Both the position numbers and the translations under genes were made by a program. The notes below the pieces were generated by a model. The model was not told the origin of the DNA. It ran no database searches and saw only the letters and a program-made list of their open reading frames with translations. From assembly GCA_012729505.1 (NCBI GenBank), contig JAAYDA010000072.1, forward strand, positions 76,162 through 140,161: a DNA stretch of 64,000 bases, read 5' to 3'. Source of the DNA: Syntrophomonadaceae bacterium (lineage in GTDB: Bacteria > Bacillota > Syntrophomonadia > Syntrophomonadales > DTU052). Position 1 is the stretch's first letter, and each line of letters starts with the position of its first letter. Shown piece by piece: positions 26,879 to 36,423 of this stretch.

Positions 26879-28234
26879 TCAATCATTCCATTCACACTGG
26901 AGCTCAGGTTTACACCGGCCTGCACTTCTGCCTGATGTTTGCTTCTTCCAGTAACGGCGAAAAAAAGGATTGCCTCTAAATTGAGGCGGATTAGCTTTGT
27001 TGTCGTCGATGATGCGGGTAACCAAAGCATCCTCCTCCTGCCAGGCCTTCTCCACAATTGACTTCAATCGGTCCGGGCCACCCTGGTCGTCGTCATCCAT
27101 CACTTCCCGAATCATCTGCTGCCAGGATTCTTCCAACCTATCACGCTCCCTAAGGTATGAATCCAGATTAGAGATCTGATTAGCCAAGGCCATGCGATGA
27201 ATCAATTCCCTTTTATTCCAAAACTCAACTGCCGCAGGAGTATCCTCTTCCCTGAAGATGATCCCTTCGGCAGTGTCCAGTGAAATCGGTTTGAATATGG
27301 ACAAACAAGGCGTCGAGCTGCCCGTAACCCAATAGATCTGGGGCTCCTCCATAGACACAATATAGCTGCCGGTGGTATGATCACCGATAGGCCCTCCTCC
27401 ATGCATACATACGCTTTTCAACGAAGCACCGGCAAATTGCCGACCTTCAATGGAAGAGTGATGCGACCGGAGAATCCTCTTCATTACATCAACATCAATA
27501 TTTCCCTGATACTTTTCCAATTGTGACTGGGTACTTTGACAGCGGGCCTTCGAGCCACTGAAAAAAGTATATAGCGGATCACTGTAACAACGGGCAAAAT
27601 CAAAATCCTCCTCCGACTTGCACCAGCCCTTCTCAATAGCGTGAGTTATTAATTCCGGATGAGCCATATCAAAGGATTTCCCTATGGACAGGGAATTTGA
27701 TATGCTTCTCACCCCTTCTACCCGTTCAGCCGCCCAAAATTGCCCGGCGGTTTCCAGGACCCAGGCAGAATCGAGATCAGCGATAAGGAAAGAGTTGTGA
27801 TAGGTGAAATCCTTCTCATATCCGCAGTTTCCTCCCTGCCCGTACTTGCCAAGCAGAAAAATGATGAAATAGACTGCCTCCTCCGCTGTCCGGCACCTTT
27901 CCAGAGCCAAGCGCAGCATATCCATTCCAATCAAGGCCGGTTCCCCGTATTTTTCCTTGGTAAAAACCGCCTCATTGCCTATGTTGAGGCCAAACTCATT
28001 ACCTCCCATCTCACAACCCCAAATCCAACTGGGCTTGAGAAGGAATACTTCATAAGTCTCTTCCACCTGATCTATGGTGATATAAGTGCATTCCAGAACA
28101 GTACCTGGCTCATAACGCCGTCGAGGAACGTGGATCAGAACATGAGGTTCATTTGGCTGACGGTCACTATTTTTGGCAAACAGCACCCTTTTGCACCGGG
28201 TGGCAGAACCAAGCGCCACCATAGTATCACACAT
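26879..28234 (-). CDS. Secernin-like C69-family Ntn peptidase
   Basis: The frame is trimmed to MCDTMVAL..., so that Cys2 is the N-terminal nucleophile. FAKNSDRQPNEP, ECTYITIDQV, WIWGCEMGGNEFGLNIGNEA and GQGGNCGY align in my memory with the same blocks of eukaryotic secernin and C69 dipeptidases. Confidence 0.65.
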   Translation of the reverse strand: MCDTMVALGSATRCKRVLFAKNSDRQPNEPHVLIHVPRRRYEPGTVLECTYITIDQVEETYEVFLLKPSWIWGCEMGGNEFGLNIGNEAVFTKEKYGEPALIGMDMLRLALERCRTAEEAVYFIIFLLGKYGQGGNCGYEKDFTYHNSFLIADLDSAWVLETAGQFWAAERVEGVRSISNSLSIGKSFDMAHPELITHAIEKGWCKSEEDFDFARCYSDPLYTFFSGSKARCQSTQSQLEKYQGNIDVDVMKRILRSHHSSIEGRQFAGASLKSVCMHGGGPIGDHTTGSYIVSMEEPQIYWVTGSSTPCLSIFKPISLDTAEGIIFREEDTPAAVEFWNKRELIHRMALANQISNLDSYLRERDRLEESWQQMIREVMDDDDQGGPDRLKSIVEKAWQEEDALVTRIIDDNKANPPQFRGNPFFRRYWKKQTSGRSAGRCKPELQCEWND

Positions 28235-28374
28235 CTGCAATCCCCCTTCCCGCCGAAAATATATACTGAACCTAACTTAATAATACTAAAAAATCGCACA
28301 GCCACCACTATTGACTGTGCGAAATAATAATCCTTAGACGTTTTTTGTCTGCCCATGCCCCGAACCCGAACCTG

Positions 28375-28932
28375 CTAGACGATATCTATGACAAACTTAT
28401 CGGGGTAACGGGGAGTAACGGTACGATAGAATTCTACAACCTGTTCCATATCTTTAGCATAATCACCAGTGGGATAAAAATGAATCCCCACATTGGCAAT
28501 TTTTTTCTTGTAATCCAATGATGCCAGGACTATTGGCACCTTTGCCTTCATCGCCGCTTGATAGAATCCAGTTTTCCACTTGCCCTTTAGTTTGCGGCTT
28601 CCTTCCGGGGCCAACATAATAATCATCTCTGAAGAATTATTAAAAAGCTCCACCATTCGGTCCACCATATTGGCAGACTTATCCCTCTCCACACTAATAC
28701 CCCCTGTCAGCCGAAAAATGAATCCTAAGGGGGAGTTAAACAGCTCCTTTTTGGCCAGATATTTTACACGAGCATTTAAGATATAAAGAGCGGCCCTCGA
28801 GTAACCAAAATCATAATTACTGGTATGAGGAGCAGCCACCAAAATACACTTCTGAGTATCCGGTGGTATCTGACCAATAAGCTTCCAGCCGGTCACAAAG
28901 AAATAAAACCTGGAAATATTTCTCATTATCAA
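28375..28932 (-). CDS. Lysophospholipid (1-acyl-sn-glycerol-3-phosphate) acyltransferase family protein
   Basis: 185-aa ORF with the HX4D motif (HTSNYD) and an APEGSR block. Confidence 0.75.
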   Translation of the reverse strand: MIMRNISRFYFFVTGWKLIGQIPPDTQKCILVAAPHTSNYDFGYSRAALYILNARVKYLAKKELFNSPLGFIFRLTGGISVERDKSANMVDRMVELFNNSSEMIIMLAPEGSRKLKGKWKTGFYQAAMKAKVPIVLASLDYKKKIANVGIHFYPTGDYAKDMEQVVEFYRTVTPRYPDKFVIDIV

Positions 28933-29377
28933 AATTATCGTTCTCCTTTACCCCCGATATTTCACAACGTCATGGATATTCGCTAAACAATTGTTTTCTC
29001 CTCTAATTTCCGCAATTATTAATTGTAAATCTTTCTGTTATCTTCCTCAATAGTCGCGGGACACTTCTAAACAACAATAAGGCCAATTTTGGGAAATATT
29101 TTGCTGCTCACCGTATGCCAACATGCTAAGAATCGGAAACCTCGAATCCCCTAAAATGAAAAAAGCACCTGCAAGACCATGGGAGGTTCCCCCTGAAAAA
29201 TCCGGTAAAAATCAACCAATGTTCTATAGAAATTCCAATAATAAGGCATAAATAGCAGGAGTCACCTCATAGCACTCGAATATTGTTAATAACGACAACA
29301 GACGATTGCCTAAAGACTTAAGACAAGATTAACGACATCGTCCAGAGAATAATGGAATTGGGGAGGGAGCATGACAA

Positions 29378-30040
29378 ATGAACGAGATCCCCTACGAAAT
29401 AATACGTTCCAATCGCAAAACCCTCGCCCTGACCATAGACAGTGAAGCAAGGCTTATTGTCCGTGCTCCGATGCAGTTGGGTGAGGATGTTATTCGTGAC
29501 TTCATAAAAAAGAAATCGCGCTGGATAAGCGACAAGCAACGGTACGTGAGAGACTTCGCTTCGAAGCAAAGTGAGTTTCTATTAGAGGACGGCGAAAATG
29601 TCCTTTATTTGGGGAAGTCTTACACTGTTCTCCGTAAGGACGTTCAGGAAGTCTCGACGGTGGGCAGCTTCCTAATTGTGCCTAAGAACATGACTCTTGA
29701 GGGCTACGCCGATTGGATGAAGATACAGTGCGACAACATAATTCGTGAACGGGTCGCCCATTTTGCTAATCTGATGGATGCGAAGTATTCTTCTGTTAAA
29801 ATGTCCAATGCAAAACGGCGGTGGGGTTCCTGTGGAGCGCGCAACACTCTGAACTTCGCCTGGCGTCTTGTGATGTGTCCACAATGGGTTATAGACTATG
29901 TGGTGGTTCACGAACTTTCCCATATCACTTATAAAGATCACAGTGCGAGGTTCTGGGCGCGGGTTGCCACGTTCATGCCTAACTATAGAGAGGCACGGGA
30001 CTGGTTGCGGTTGAACCGTAGAATAATGGAAGTTATTTAA
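29378..30040 (+). CDS. YgjP-like (DUF45/M48-type) zinc metallohydrolase
   Basis: 220-aa ORF with HELSHITYKDH (HExxH...H) near the C-terminus, plus the size and layout of the YgjP family. GGGGAGGGAG RBS is present upstream. Confidence 0.7.
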   Translation: MNEIPYEIIRSNRKTLALTIDSEARLIVRAPMQLGEDVIRDFIKKKSRWISDKQRYVRDFASKQSEFLLEDGENVLYLGKSYTVLRKDVQEVSTVGSFLIVPKNMTLEGYADWMKIQCDNIIRERVAHFANLMDAKYSSVKMSNAKRRWGSCGARNTLNFAWRLVMCPQWVIDYVVVHELSHITYKDHSARFWARVATFMPNYREARDWLRLNRRIMEVI

Positions 30041-30062
30041 TGGATGCATAGTTATGGATAAC

Positions 30063-30154
30063 TCATTTCAATGGGTGCAGTTTGCCTGCTATCTGCTTTT
30101 CGATCTCTCCTGCCATCCACACGTCCCCCGGGCGACTTAAGTGGCAATGATCAC
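30063..30154 (-). pseudogene. Relic 3' fragment of a paralog of the SGNH-like gene at 32314-33249
   Basis: Coordinates 30084-30154 match 32323-32393 at 66 of 71 positions. The fragment translates on the minus strand as ..DHCHLSRPGDVWMAGEIEKQIAGKLHPLK*, compared with CDHCHLSRPGAVWMVREIEKQIAGRV* in the intact gene. No upstream coding continuation exists. Confidence 0.7.
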
Positions 30155-30277
30155 TATTGACAAGCCACCCCATCAAGACTATAATGGTATCTCAAACTGA
30201 ATAAATTTATAATATATCATATCTTTTATGTTTTGTCAAGCTCTATTGTAATATTATCTTACGACGAGGTGGTTTTT

Positions 30278-30751
30278 TTGGCTGACGTCTCAAAATTTAT
30301 TGTGAATCTGGAGCCCATGTCCAGGCAGAACGCCATCAGCAAGCTGGTCAGTACAAATCAGCAGTCCCAAAAACACGGCCTGGTATTGAGCGAAAGGAAC
30401 GCCCTCCAAATAATTGATGCCCGAAACGAAGCCCTTATAACTACGGGGCGTATTGAACTGGGCTTTGAGATTATTAATAAGATAATAAGGATGTTTTGCC
30501 AATCACTCTACATTAACCAGGCAAATTATGCGGACACAATATGTGAACTGTTAGCGGCTTTTTACTACATGAAAAACGAGACCCGGGAGCAGATAGGTGA
30601 TGATGACCTGATTTGTATCATGAGAGATAGCTTCGATAACCGCTGTTTTGGCTCAATTGAACTTTTAATCGGGCGTGAGTTGGAGCAACTGGTGGCTGAG
30701 ATCCGCTCTGGCCGTTACTACGGCCGACATGACGATAGTGAAGAGGTGTAG
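30278..30751 (+). CDS. Hypothetical protein (about 157 aa), first gene of a coupled pair; start uncertain
   Basis: The frame 30233-30751 has its best start at TTG 30278, after GAGGTGG. An alternative start is ATG 30317. I find no motif I can name with confidence. Confidence 0.45.
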   Translation: MADVSKFIVNLEPMSRQNAISKLVSTNQQSQKHGLVLSERNALQIIDARNEALITTGRIELGFEIINKIIRMFCQSLYINQANYADTICELLAAFYYMKNETREQIGDDDLICIMRDSFDNRCFGSIELLIGRELEQLVAEIRSGRYYGRHDDSEEV

Positions 30752-30753
30752 GC

Positions 30754-32166
30754 GTGGAAAAATCCCTGGTCAGACAAACCGGCTTTAACCCGCAAAATAC
30801 TGACGCCGGCAACTATATGCTATCTCTTCTGGATGAAGCACTGCTGGCAGGATTAATCAGTGAATCCGCTTTGCAAGATATCCAAATACAGATCATGGAA
30901 TTACTGAAAGACCTGATAATAAAGTATACCAGTAGCGAGAGCAGTTCTATTCCCACAGAAACCGCCCAGAACCTACTTTTGTCAATCTTCTTCTGCATGG
31001 ATACATTCTGCATCAGTTCCCCCACACCCGCCGACTGTTTAGACGAACTGATGAACAGGAGCATGAAAGAAGTCTGCCAGGAAGGCCTGGCTTTGGTTAA
31101 ATCCAAGGTTAGCGAAGCCAAAAGACTTTTTGGAGAGGTTAAATCTACAAGAATCAAAACGTCTCTTGTTGCCTATAACTCTACTATTAATGAGGCCATC
31201 CCCGGCTTTTTTAAGAACTATGACACTGCCTTTAATGCCCACGACACACCAGCCAGCATTGATTACCCTCTGGCCGATGATGTTTTGGATTCCACAGGTG
31301 TTTCATACATGCTGCAGTACATTGAAAGAATGAAGATAGAAAACCAGTTCTGCCAGCGGTTCGCCGAGGAAGCAATAGATCAGCTTATGGAAAACTACGG
31401 CCGGGTATACCACATCCATTATCCCGATTTCCTGATTAATATCTTTGAGGTTGTCCTCACCAATGCGATATTTTCGGTGATGCTCGGAGAAAAGGCTGCC
31501 AACCTGACTATTCGCCAAAGCCAAATCGTTCTGTTAAGAGAAAGGCTTAAAGGGCTTGAATCCTCGGAAGCGGCTAGCCTGTTAAGATCAGCAGTAGAAA
31601 GGACAGTCGGAGAACTGGGAATAACGGATCCCAAGATAAGGGCGTACGCCCTTCACTGTGGGGAGAACCTACTTCCACGATTAATTAATGCCGTGCAGCA
31701 GGACACCTTACAGCGGCTTGCTATTCCGGTTATGGGCGCTGAACCTGAGCCTGAAGTCCTGTTCGTGCTGGGCGAGAACATGGATAATGAAGCCTTTCGC
31801 CGGCTGGTGGAAGACCTGCTTGAATGCAGGAACCCGGCTGAAAAAGCGCAGATGTTCTTGTCCCGGGTCAGGTCGCTGATCGATTTTATTGATATTTTCG
31901 AAGCCGATTGCCTGTTTGACGATGATTACCCGGCACTGTTTGATCTACTGAGCGATATTGAGTTATCGATCCTGGCCCGAATCATCTTCGCTGATAAATT
32001 ACGGGACCAGCCGGAGCAATTCTTATTATCTCAAGCCATTTCCGACATCCCTTCGTCAGAAAGGGAATGGGTTAACCAGCTAATCGGCTTTTTGCAGCAG
32101 CTCAGCAAAGGAAGGCAACAAGCTATTGAGATTCTGCTCAAAACCAAAACTGGTATCGATATTTAA
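30754..32166 (+). CDS. Hypothetical protein (470 aa), predicted all-helical and soluble
   Basis: The GTG start is preceded by GAAGAGGTG and lies 2 nt after the upstream stop codon, indicating translational coupling. There are no TM segments and no catalytic motif I recognise. Confidence 0.55.
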   Translation: MEKSLVRQTGFNPQNTDAGNYMLSLLDEALLAGLISESALQDIQIQIMELLKDLIIKYTSSESSSIPTETAQNLLLSIFFCMDTFCISSPTPADCLDELMNRSMKEVCQEGLALVKSKVSEAKRLFGEVKSTRIKTSLVAYNSTINEAIPGFFKNYDTAFNAHDTPASIDYPLADDVLDSTGVSYMLQYIERMKIENQFCQRFAEEAIDQLMENYGRVYHIHYPDFLINIFEVVLTNAIFSVMLGEKAANLTIRQSQIVLLRERLKGLESSEAASLLRSAVERTVGELGITDPKIRAYALHCGENLLPRLINAVQQDTLQRLAIPVMGAEPEPEVLFVLGENMDNEAFRRLVEDLLECRNPAEKAQMFLSRVRSLIDFIDIFEADCLFDDDYPALFDLLSDIELSILARIIFADKLRDQPEQFLLSQAISDIPSSEREWVNQLIGFLQQLSKGRQQAIEILLKTKTGIDI

Positions 32167-32313
32167 CCATCCGGATTGGATGTCACAGCGGGATTCTGTG
32201 CCCACTTAAGCTGATGGCTGTCCGCCTGGACACAGAATTCTCTTGCATGATGGTACCGTTACTTCTTTGAGAAAGTACTGCAATATGAAACAATTTCAGG
32301 CTCTGTCACATAA

Positions 32314-33249
32314 CTATACTCTGCCTGCTATCTGCTTTTCGATCTCTCTTACCATCCACACGGCCCCCGGTCGGCTTAAGTGGCAATGATCACAGTAGTT
32401 GCTGTGTTCTCTGGTAAAGAACTCGTACTCTGGGGTATTAAAGTCCCAGACATAGTCGCTACTGTCAAACAGGGGATCGAGATCCTGGTGCATTTCCTCA
32501 TAAAACTCACGTTTCTGGTCATAGATCTCATATGGACGCGGGTAATAGTAGGCAAAAACCTTGATTTCGTTTGCGTGAGCCAAATCAATAATGGCTTTCA
32601 AGTCCTTTTTAGCCTGTTCCGTTACCTTGAACTGATCAGTTCCCCACTTACGGCTCTTGGTCAGAGCCGCAGCAATGGCCTGCTCCACGTCCTGCTTGTC
32701 TTTATACCGGTTAAAGTCGTAGTGCCCATATTCATTGTAGTAATTCCTGGTCCCCCGGTATTGATTTACGATCTTATCGTAATAATAGCGGTATAAATCT
32801 ACCGAACCCAGCGCACTCCAATAATCCTTTCGGCTGAGATAGCTGGTCTTTCGCCCCGAATCCTTGGTCAGGTAGGGGTCCAGACAGATGATGAAGAACT
32901 TGACCTTTCGATTGTGAGCAACTATGCTTTCTGCCATAATTCTCAATTCTGTGAAATTGCCGCCGTTGATCGAGGCATTGTAGACTTTCAAGTTCTCGAA
33001 TAGTGCCGGATCAAGGTTGTCAGCCAGTGAAGGTCCCCAAATCACGCCTTCGAAATTGGCGGGGATGTAGTTATAGGTGTATAGATACTTGGCCCAACGC
33101 TCCCAGTCCCGGGAGACCGGTTCCCTTTTCAACCCCGCAGCATCCCCTATCAGGGCAAACTCATTCACATAGCTGGTGAACAGCACTATTAATAACAACC
33201 CGAAGACGGTTATTATCATGGATCTAGTTAAAAATTGCTTAAAAGTCAT
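32314..33249 (-). CDS. SGNH/GDSL-like protein with an N-terminal TM anchor, putative partner of the MBOAT acyltransferase
   Basis: 311-aa ORF overlapping the MBOAT gene by 11 nt. Candidate SGNH blocks are WGPSLADN (Ser), NASINGGN (Gly/Asn) and CDHCH (DxxH). The family assignment is an inference. Confidence 0.5.
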   Translation of the reverse strand: MTFKQFLTRSMIITVFGLLLIVLFTSYVNEFALIGDAAGLKREPVSRDWERWAKYLYTYNYIPANFEGVIWGPSLADNLDPALFENLKVYNASINGGNFTELRIMAESIVAHNRKVKFFIICLDPYLTKDSGRKTSYLSRKDYWSALGSVDLYRYYYDKIVNQYRGTRNYYNEYGHYDFNRYKDKQDVEQAIAAALTKSRKWGTDQFKVTEQAKKDLKAIIDLAHANEIKVFAYYYPRPYEIYDQKREFYEEMHQDLDPLFDSSDYVWDFNTPEYEFFTREHSNYCDHCHLSRPGAVWMVREIEKQIAGRV

Positions 33250-34651
33250 TGTAGATAAACTCCTTGGGGATGCTGGAATTTAGGAACAGCACACTGACAA
33301 TAACCAGTATCGCAAGAGGGAAAATCTTGCGGTTCATGGGTGTTATATCAAAGGTGAAGCTGTTCGAGTTTTGTTTAAACAAGAGCATAACAACTGCAAT
33401 AATCGCAATGGGAATGGTTATATAGAGATCAGCTGCACTTATTGATGTAAAAACTGAAAACTCTCCCCATGCTGACGGTAAAAACATGCCTTGTAAAACC
33501 CGGAGCGCGCCAGCAAAATCAGGTGCGCGGAAGAATACCCAGGCCACATTGACAAAGTTAAAGGTAATAAACCATGCCAGCAACCGGGGGAGCTTAATTC
33601 CCAGCTTCTGCCACAACCTCTGGATAACCATAGCCGAACCGTGCATAAAGCCCCAAAATACGAAGGTCCAGCTGGCACCATGCCATAACCCGCTGAGGAG
33701 GAAGGTGATCATAATATTGCGGAGGGTTTTCATTTCTCCCTCTCTGCTCCCCCCTAGTGGGATGTACAGGTAGTCGGTTAAAAACTTAGTCAGGGTGATG
33801 TGCCACCTGCCCCAGAAGTCCCGAATATTTAGGGCCCGGTATGGTGAGTTGAAGTTAAATGGCAGCTTGATATTCAGCATCAGGGCCACACCTATAGCCA
33901 TATCGGTGTACCCGCTGAAGTCAAAGTAGATCTGGCCGGTGTAGCTGAGGGAGGTAATCCATCCCTCAAGCATGGAAAGCCCCGCATTGGTATCAAAACC
34001 CGCACCTGCCAGCGTAGCCAGACTATCAGCAATGACCACCTTTTTAAATAGCCCGATACAAAAAACGTACAGGCCCTTGGCTAAATTCTCTGAATGAAGG
34101 CCCTTTAACTCCTGCAGTTGGGGCACTAGATAACCATAGCGGGTAATAGGGCCACTGACAATTTTGGGGAAAAAGGTGATGTAGATGAGATAGTCTCCTA
34201 GATTATAGCTTTCCACCTGCCCGTGGTAAGCATCAATCAGGTAGGCTATCTGTTGAAAGGTAATAAAACTGATACCCAGCATCATGAACGGTTGCGGGGG
34301 ATGAAAGCTCAGGTTCACCAGTCCGCCCAGAGCCGAAAGTGCAAAATCAAAATACTTAAGATAAGCCAGCAATCCTACGTTCACACCAATGCAGGCGATC
34401 AGCCACCTCTTCGCAGCGTTGGTTCTCGTCTCCCCCGGCGGGAAGAACCGACGCGGTACCAGGTAGTTCACCAGCATCGAAACAACCAGGACCGCCAGCG
34501 CGGACAATCCCGCGTATCCATAGAAAATGAGTGAAGCTGCTACCAGCCATAGTTTCGCTTCCCTGTTCCGGTTTTTGCGGATCAGCAACTGATATACAAT
34601 AAGCATCACCGGCAGAAAAGCCAGGATAAATGAAAATGAATTAAAGCTCAA
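33239..34651 (-). CDS. MBOAT-family membrane O-acyltransferase (AlgI/DltB-like)
   Basis: 470-aa polytopic ORF with FWGRWHITLTKFLTDYLYIPLGGS, which carries the conserved MBOAT His motif. Confidence 0.85.
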   Translation of the reverse strand: MSFNSFSFILAFLPVMLIVYQLLIRKNRNREAKLWLVAASLIFYGYAGLSALAVLVVSMLVNYLVPRRFFPPGETRTNAAKRWLIACIGVNVGLLAYLKYFDFALSALGGLVNLSFHPPQPFMMLGISFITFQQIAYLIDAYHGQVESYNLGDYLIYITFFPKIVSGPITRYGYLVPQLQELKGLHSENLAKGLYVFCIGLFKKVVIADSLATLAGAGFDTNAGLSMLEGWITSLSYTGQIYFDFSGYTDMAIGVALMLNIKLPFNFNSPYRALNIRDFWGRWHITLTKFLTDYLYIPLGGSREGEMKTLRNIMITFLLSGLWHGASWTFVFWGFMHGSAMVIQRLWQKLGIKLPRLLAWFITFNFVNVAWVFFRAPDFAGALRVLQGMFLPSAWGEFSVFTSISAADLYITIPIAIIAVVMLLFKQNSNSFTFDITPMNRKIFPLAILVIVSVLFLNSSIPKEFIYNDF

Positions 34652-34870
34652 CGGAATATCTCCCGGTTTGATTCCGGTAGATGCTCACCGGTACAGGAAA
34701 ATTCGACACGACAAAAGGGAATACCTTTATGAACAAAAGGTCAGGCGATTTTGGGTGAATACCTTAGAAAAGTACTCTTAAAACAGAAAGAGAGATGCTA
34801 TCTCTTGCGGGACAGCGGCTCTCTTCTTTGCTTTTCCATATCCTTTTCCAGTGCCTTTCGGGTCCGGCAG

Positions 34871-36310
34871 TCAGCGCTCTTTTCTTCCCTTCCGCGAGGC
34901 TCGGTTAGGATCCCGGGAGGATTTCGGACTGCGCCGGTCGCTCTTGCCTGGATATCCTATATCCCGGGGACGCGGTTTAGGTGCCCGAGGCTGATATTGC
35001 CTCTCTTCTGTTAAATAGACCGGAGTTTGGTCAGGTAATTTGGTTAGCAGCCGAAGTGCGGCCGACACCAATGCTACCGAATCATGTTCTTCCAAGAGGT
35101 TTTCAGCCATCCCTTTAAATGAGGATAAATCCTCGGAATCAGCAGTCTGGGTCAGCCTTTCCACTGCCTGGCGCTGGTGTCCTCGTACAACCTCCATCAG
35201 GGACGGTAAAGGACGGCGGGCAATGGGGCGCCGGGTCAGAGCTTCAATAGTCCTCAGATAAGCTATCTCCCTGGGCTTAACAAAAGTTATAGCCTCCCCA
35301 GTCTTACCCATGCGCCCGGTTCGGCCAATACGATGGACATAACTCTCGGGGTCCTGAGGAATATCAAAATTATACACGTGAGAAACCCCGGTAATATCAA
35401 GGCCTCGGGAAGCCACATCAGTAGCCACCAGAATATCGATAGTACCTTCCCGAAACTGGCGCATCACTGAGTCACGACGGGATTGGGTAAGGTCACTGTG
35501 AATCCCTTCCGCTGAATAACCTCGTTTTGACAGCCCTTCCGCAATCTCATCCACCCGTCTCTTGGTCCGGGCAAAAACTATAGCCAAATCAGGCGACTGT
35601 ATATCCAGCAGACGGCAAAGAGCATCAAATTTATTGTATTCGCCGACTTCGAAGTAGCTTTGACGGATAGTAGGGACGGTTACTTCTTTAGCTTGAATGG
35701 TGACAAAAACCGGATCCTTGAGAAACCTATTAGCCAGGTTTTTAATTTGCGCCGAAATGGTGGCCGAAAAAAGCATGGTTTGACGCTCTTCCGGTATCTG
35801 GCCTAAAATGCTTTCGATGTCTTCAATAAATCCCATATTCAGCATCTCATCAGCCTCATCCAGGACCACCGTTTCAATGTGAGCCATTCGCAGGGTGCGA
35901 CGCCTCATATGGTCCATAAGCCTTCCCGGTGTTCCCACCACAATCTGAGGACGTTTAGCCAAGGCCCTAATCTGACGTTCGATATCCTGTCCGCCATATA
36001 TAGGAAGGGTCCTGACACCCTTGAATTGTCCTATTTTATTCAGCTCTTCAGCAACCTGAACCGCTAACTCCCGAGTGGGAGTAATAACCAGCCCCTTGAC
36101 TCCATCAGTGTCACCACTGATTTTTTCCGCCATAGGTATAGCAAACGCCACGGTTTTTCCCGTGCCGGTCTGGGCTCTGCCCACTAAATCCCGACCTTCC
36201 ATAGCCAACGGAATCGTCTGTAATTGAATAGGGGTGGGCTCTTCAAATCCCATATTGATAACCGCTTGCAAGACCCCTTCACTGAGACCCATGTCTCCAA
36301 AAGAAATCAA
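34871..36310 (-). CDS. DEAD-box ATP-dependent RNA helicase (CshA-like) with a basic C-terminal tail
   Basis: The TTG start at 36310 follows AAAGGAGAG. A Q-motif region is present, along with [15 protein letters not shown] and HRIGRTGR motifs. Confidence 0.9.
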   Translation of the reverse strand: MISFGDMGLSEGVLQAVINMGFEEPTPIQLQTIPLAMEGRDLVGRAQTGTGKTVAFAIPMAEKISGDTDGVKGLVITPTRELAVQVAEELNKIGQFKGVRTLPIYGGQDIERQIRALAKRPQIVVGTPGRLMDHMRRRTLRMAHIETVVLDEADEMLNMGFIEDIESILGQIPEERQTMLFSATISAQIKNLANRFLKDPVFVTIQAKEVTVPTIRQSYFEVGEYNKFDALCRLLDIQSPDLAIVFARTKRRVDEIAEGLSKRGYSAEGIHSDLTQSRRDSVMRQFREGTIDILVATDVASRGLDITGVSHVYNFDIPQDPESYVHRIGRTGRMGKTGEAITFVKPREIAYLRTIEALTRRPIARRPLPSLMEVVRGHQRQAVERLTQTADSEDLSSFKGMAENLLEEHDSVALVSAALRLLTKLPDQTPVYLTEERQYQPRAPKPRPRDIGYPGKSDRRSPKSSRDPNRASRKGRKER

Positions 36311-36375
36311 CTTTTCACTCTCCTTTTTATATAAGCCACCATTAATAATGCAGGTGACGCCATCTCCACAGACAA

Positions 36376-36410
36376 AAACTCCCCGGATTCACAGTCGAAC
36401 CCAGGGAGTC
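36376..36410 (-). terminator. Strong hairpin terminator between the zinc-ribbon gene and the helicase gene
   Basis: The minus strand reads ACTCCCTGGGTTCGA-CTG-TGAATCCGGGGAGT followed by TTTTTGT, forming a stem of about 13 bp that includes G-T wobble pairs. Confidence 0.7.
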
Positions 36411-36423
36411 TTTCTTTACCTAA

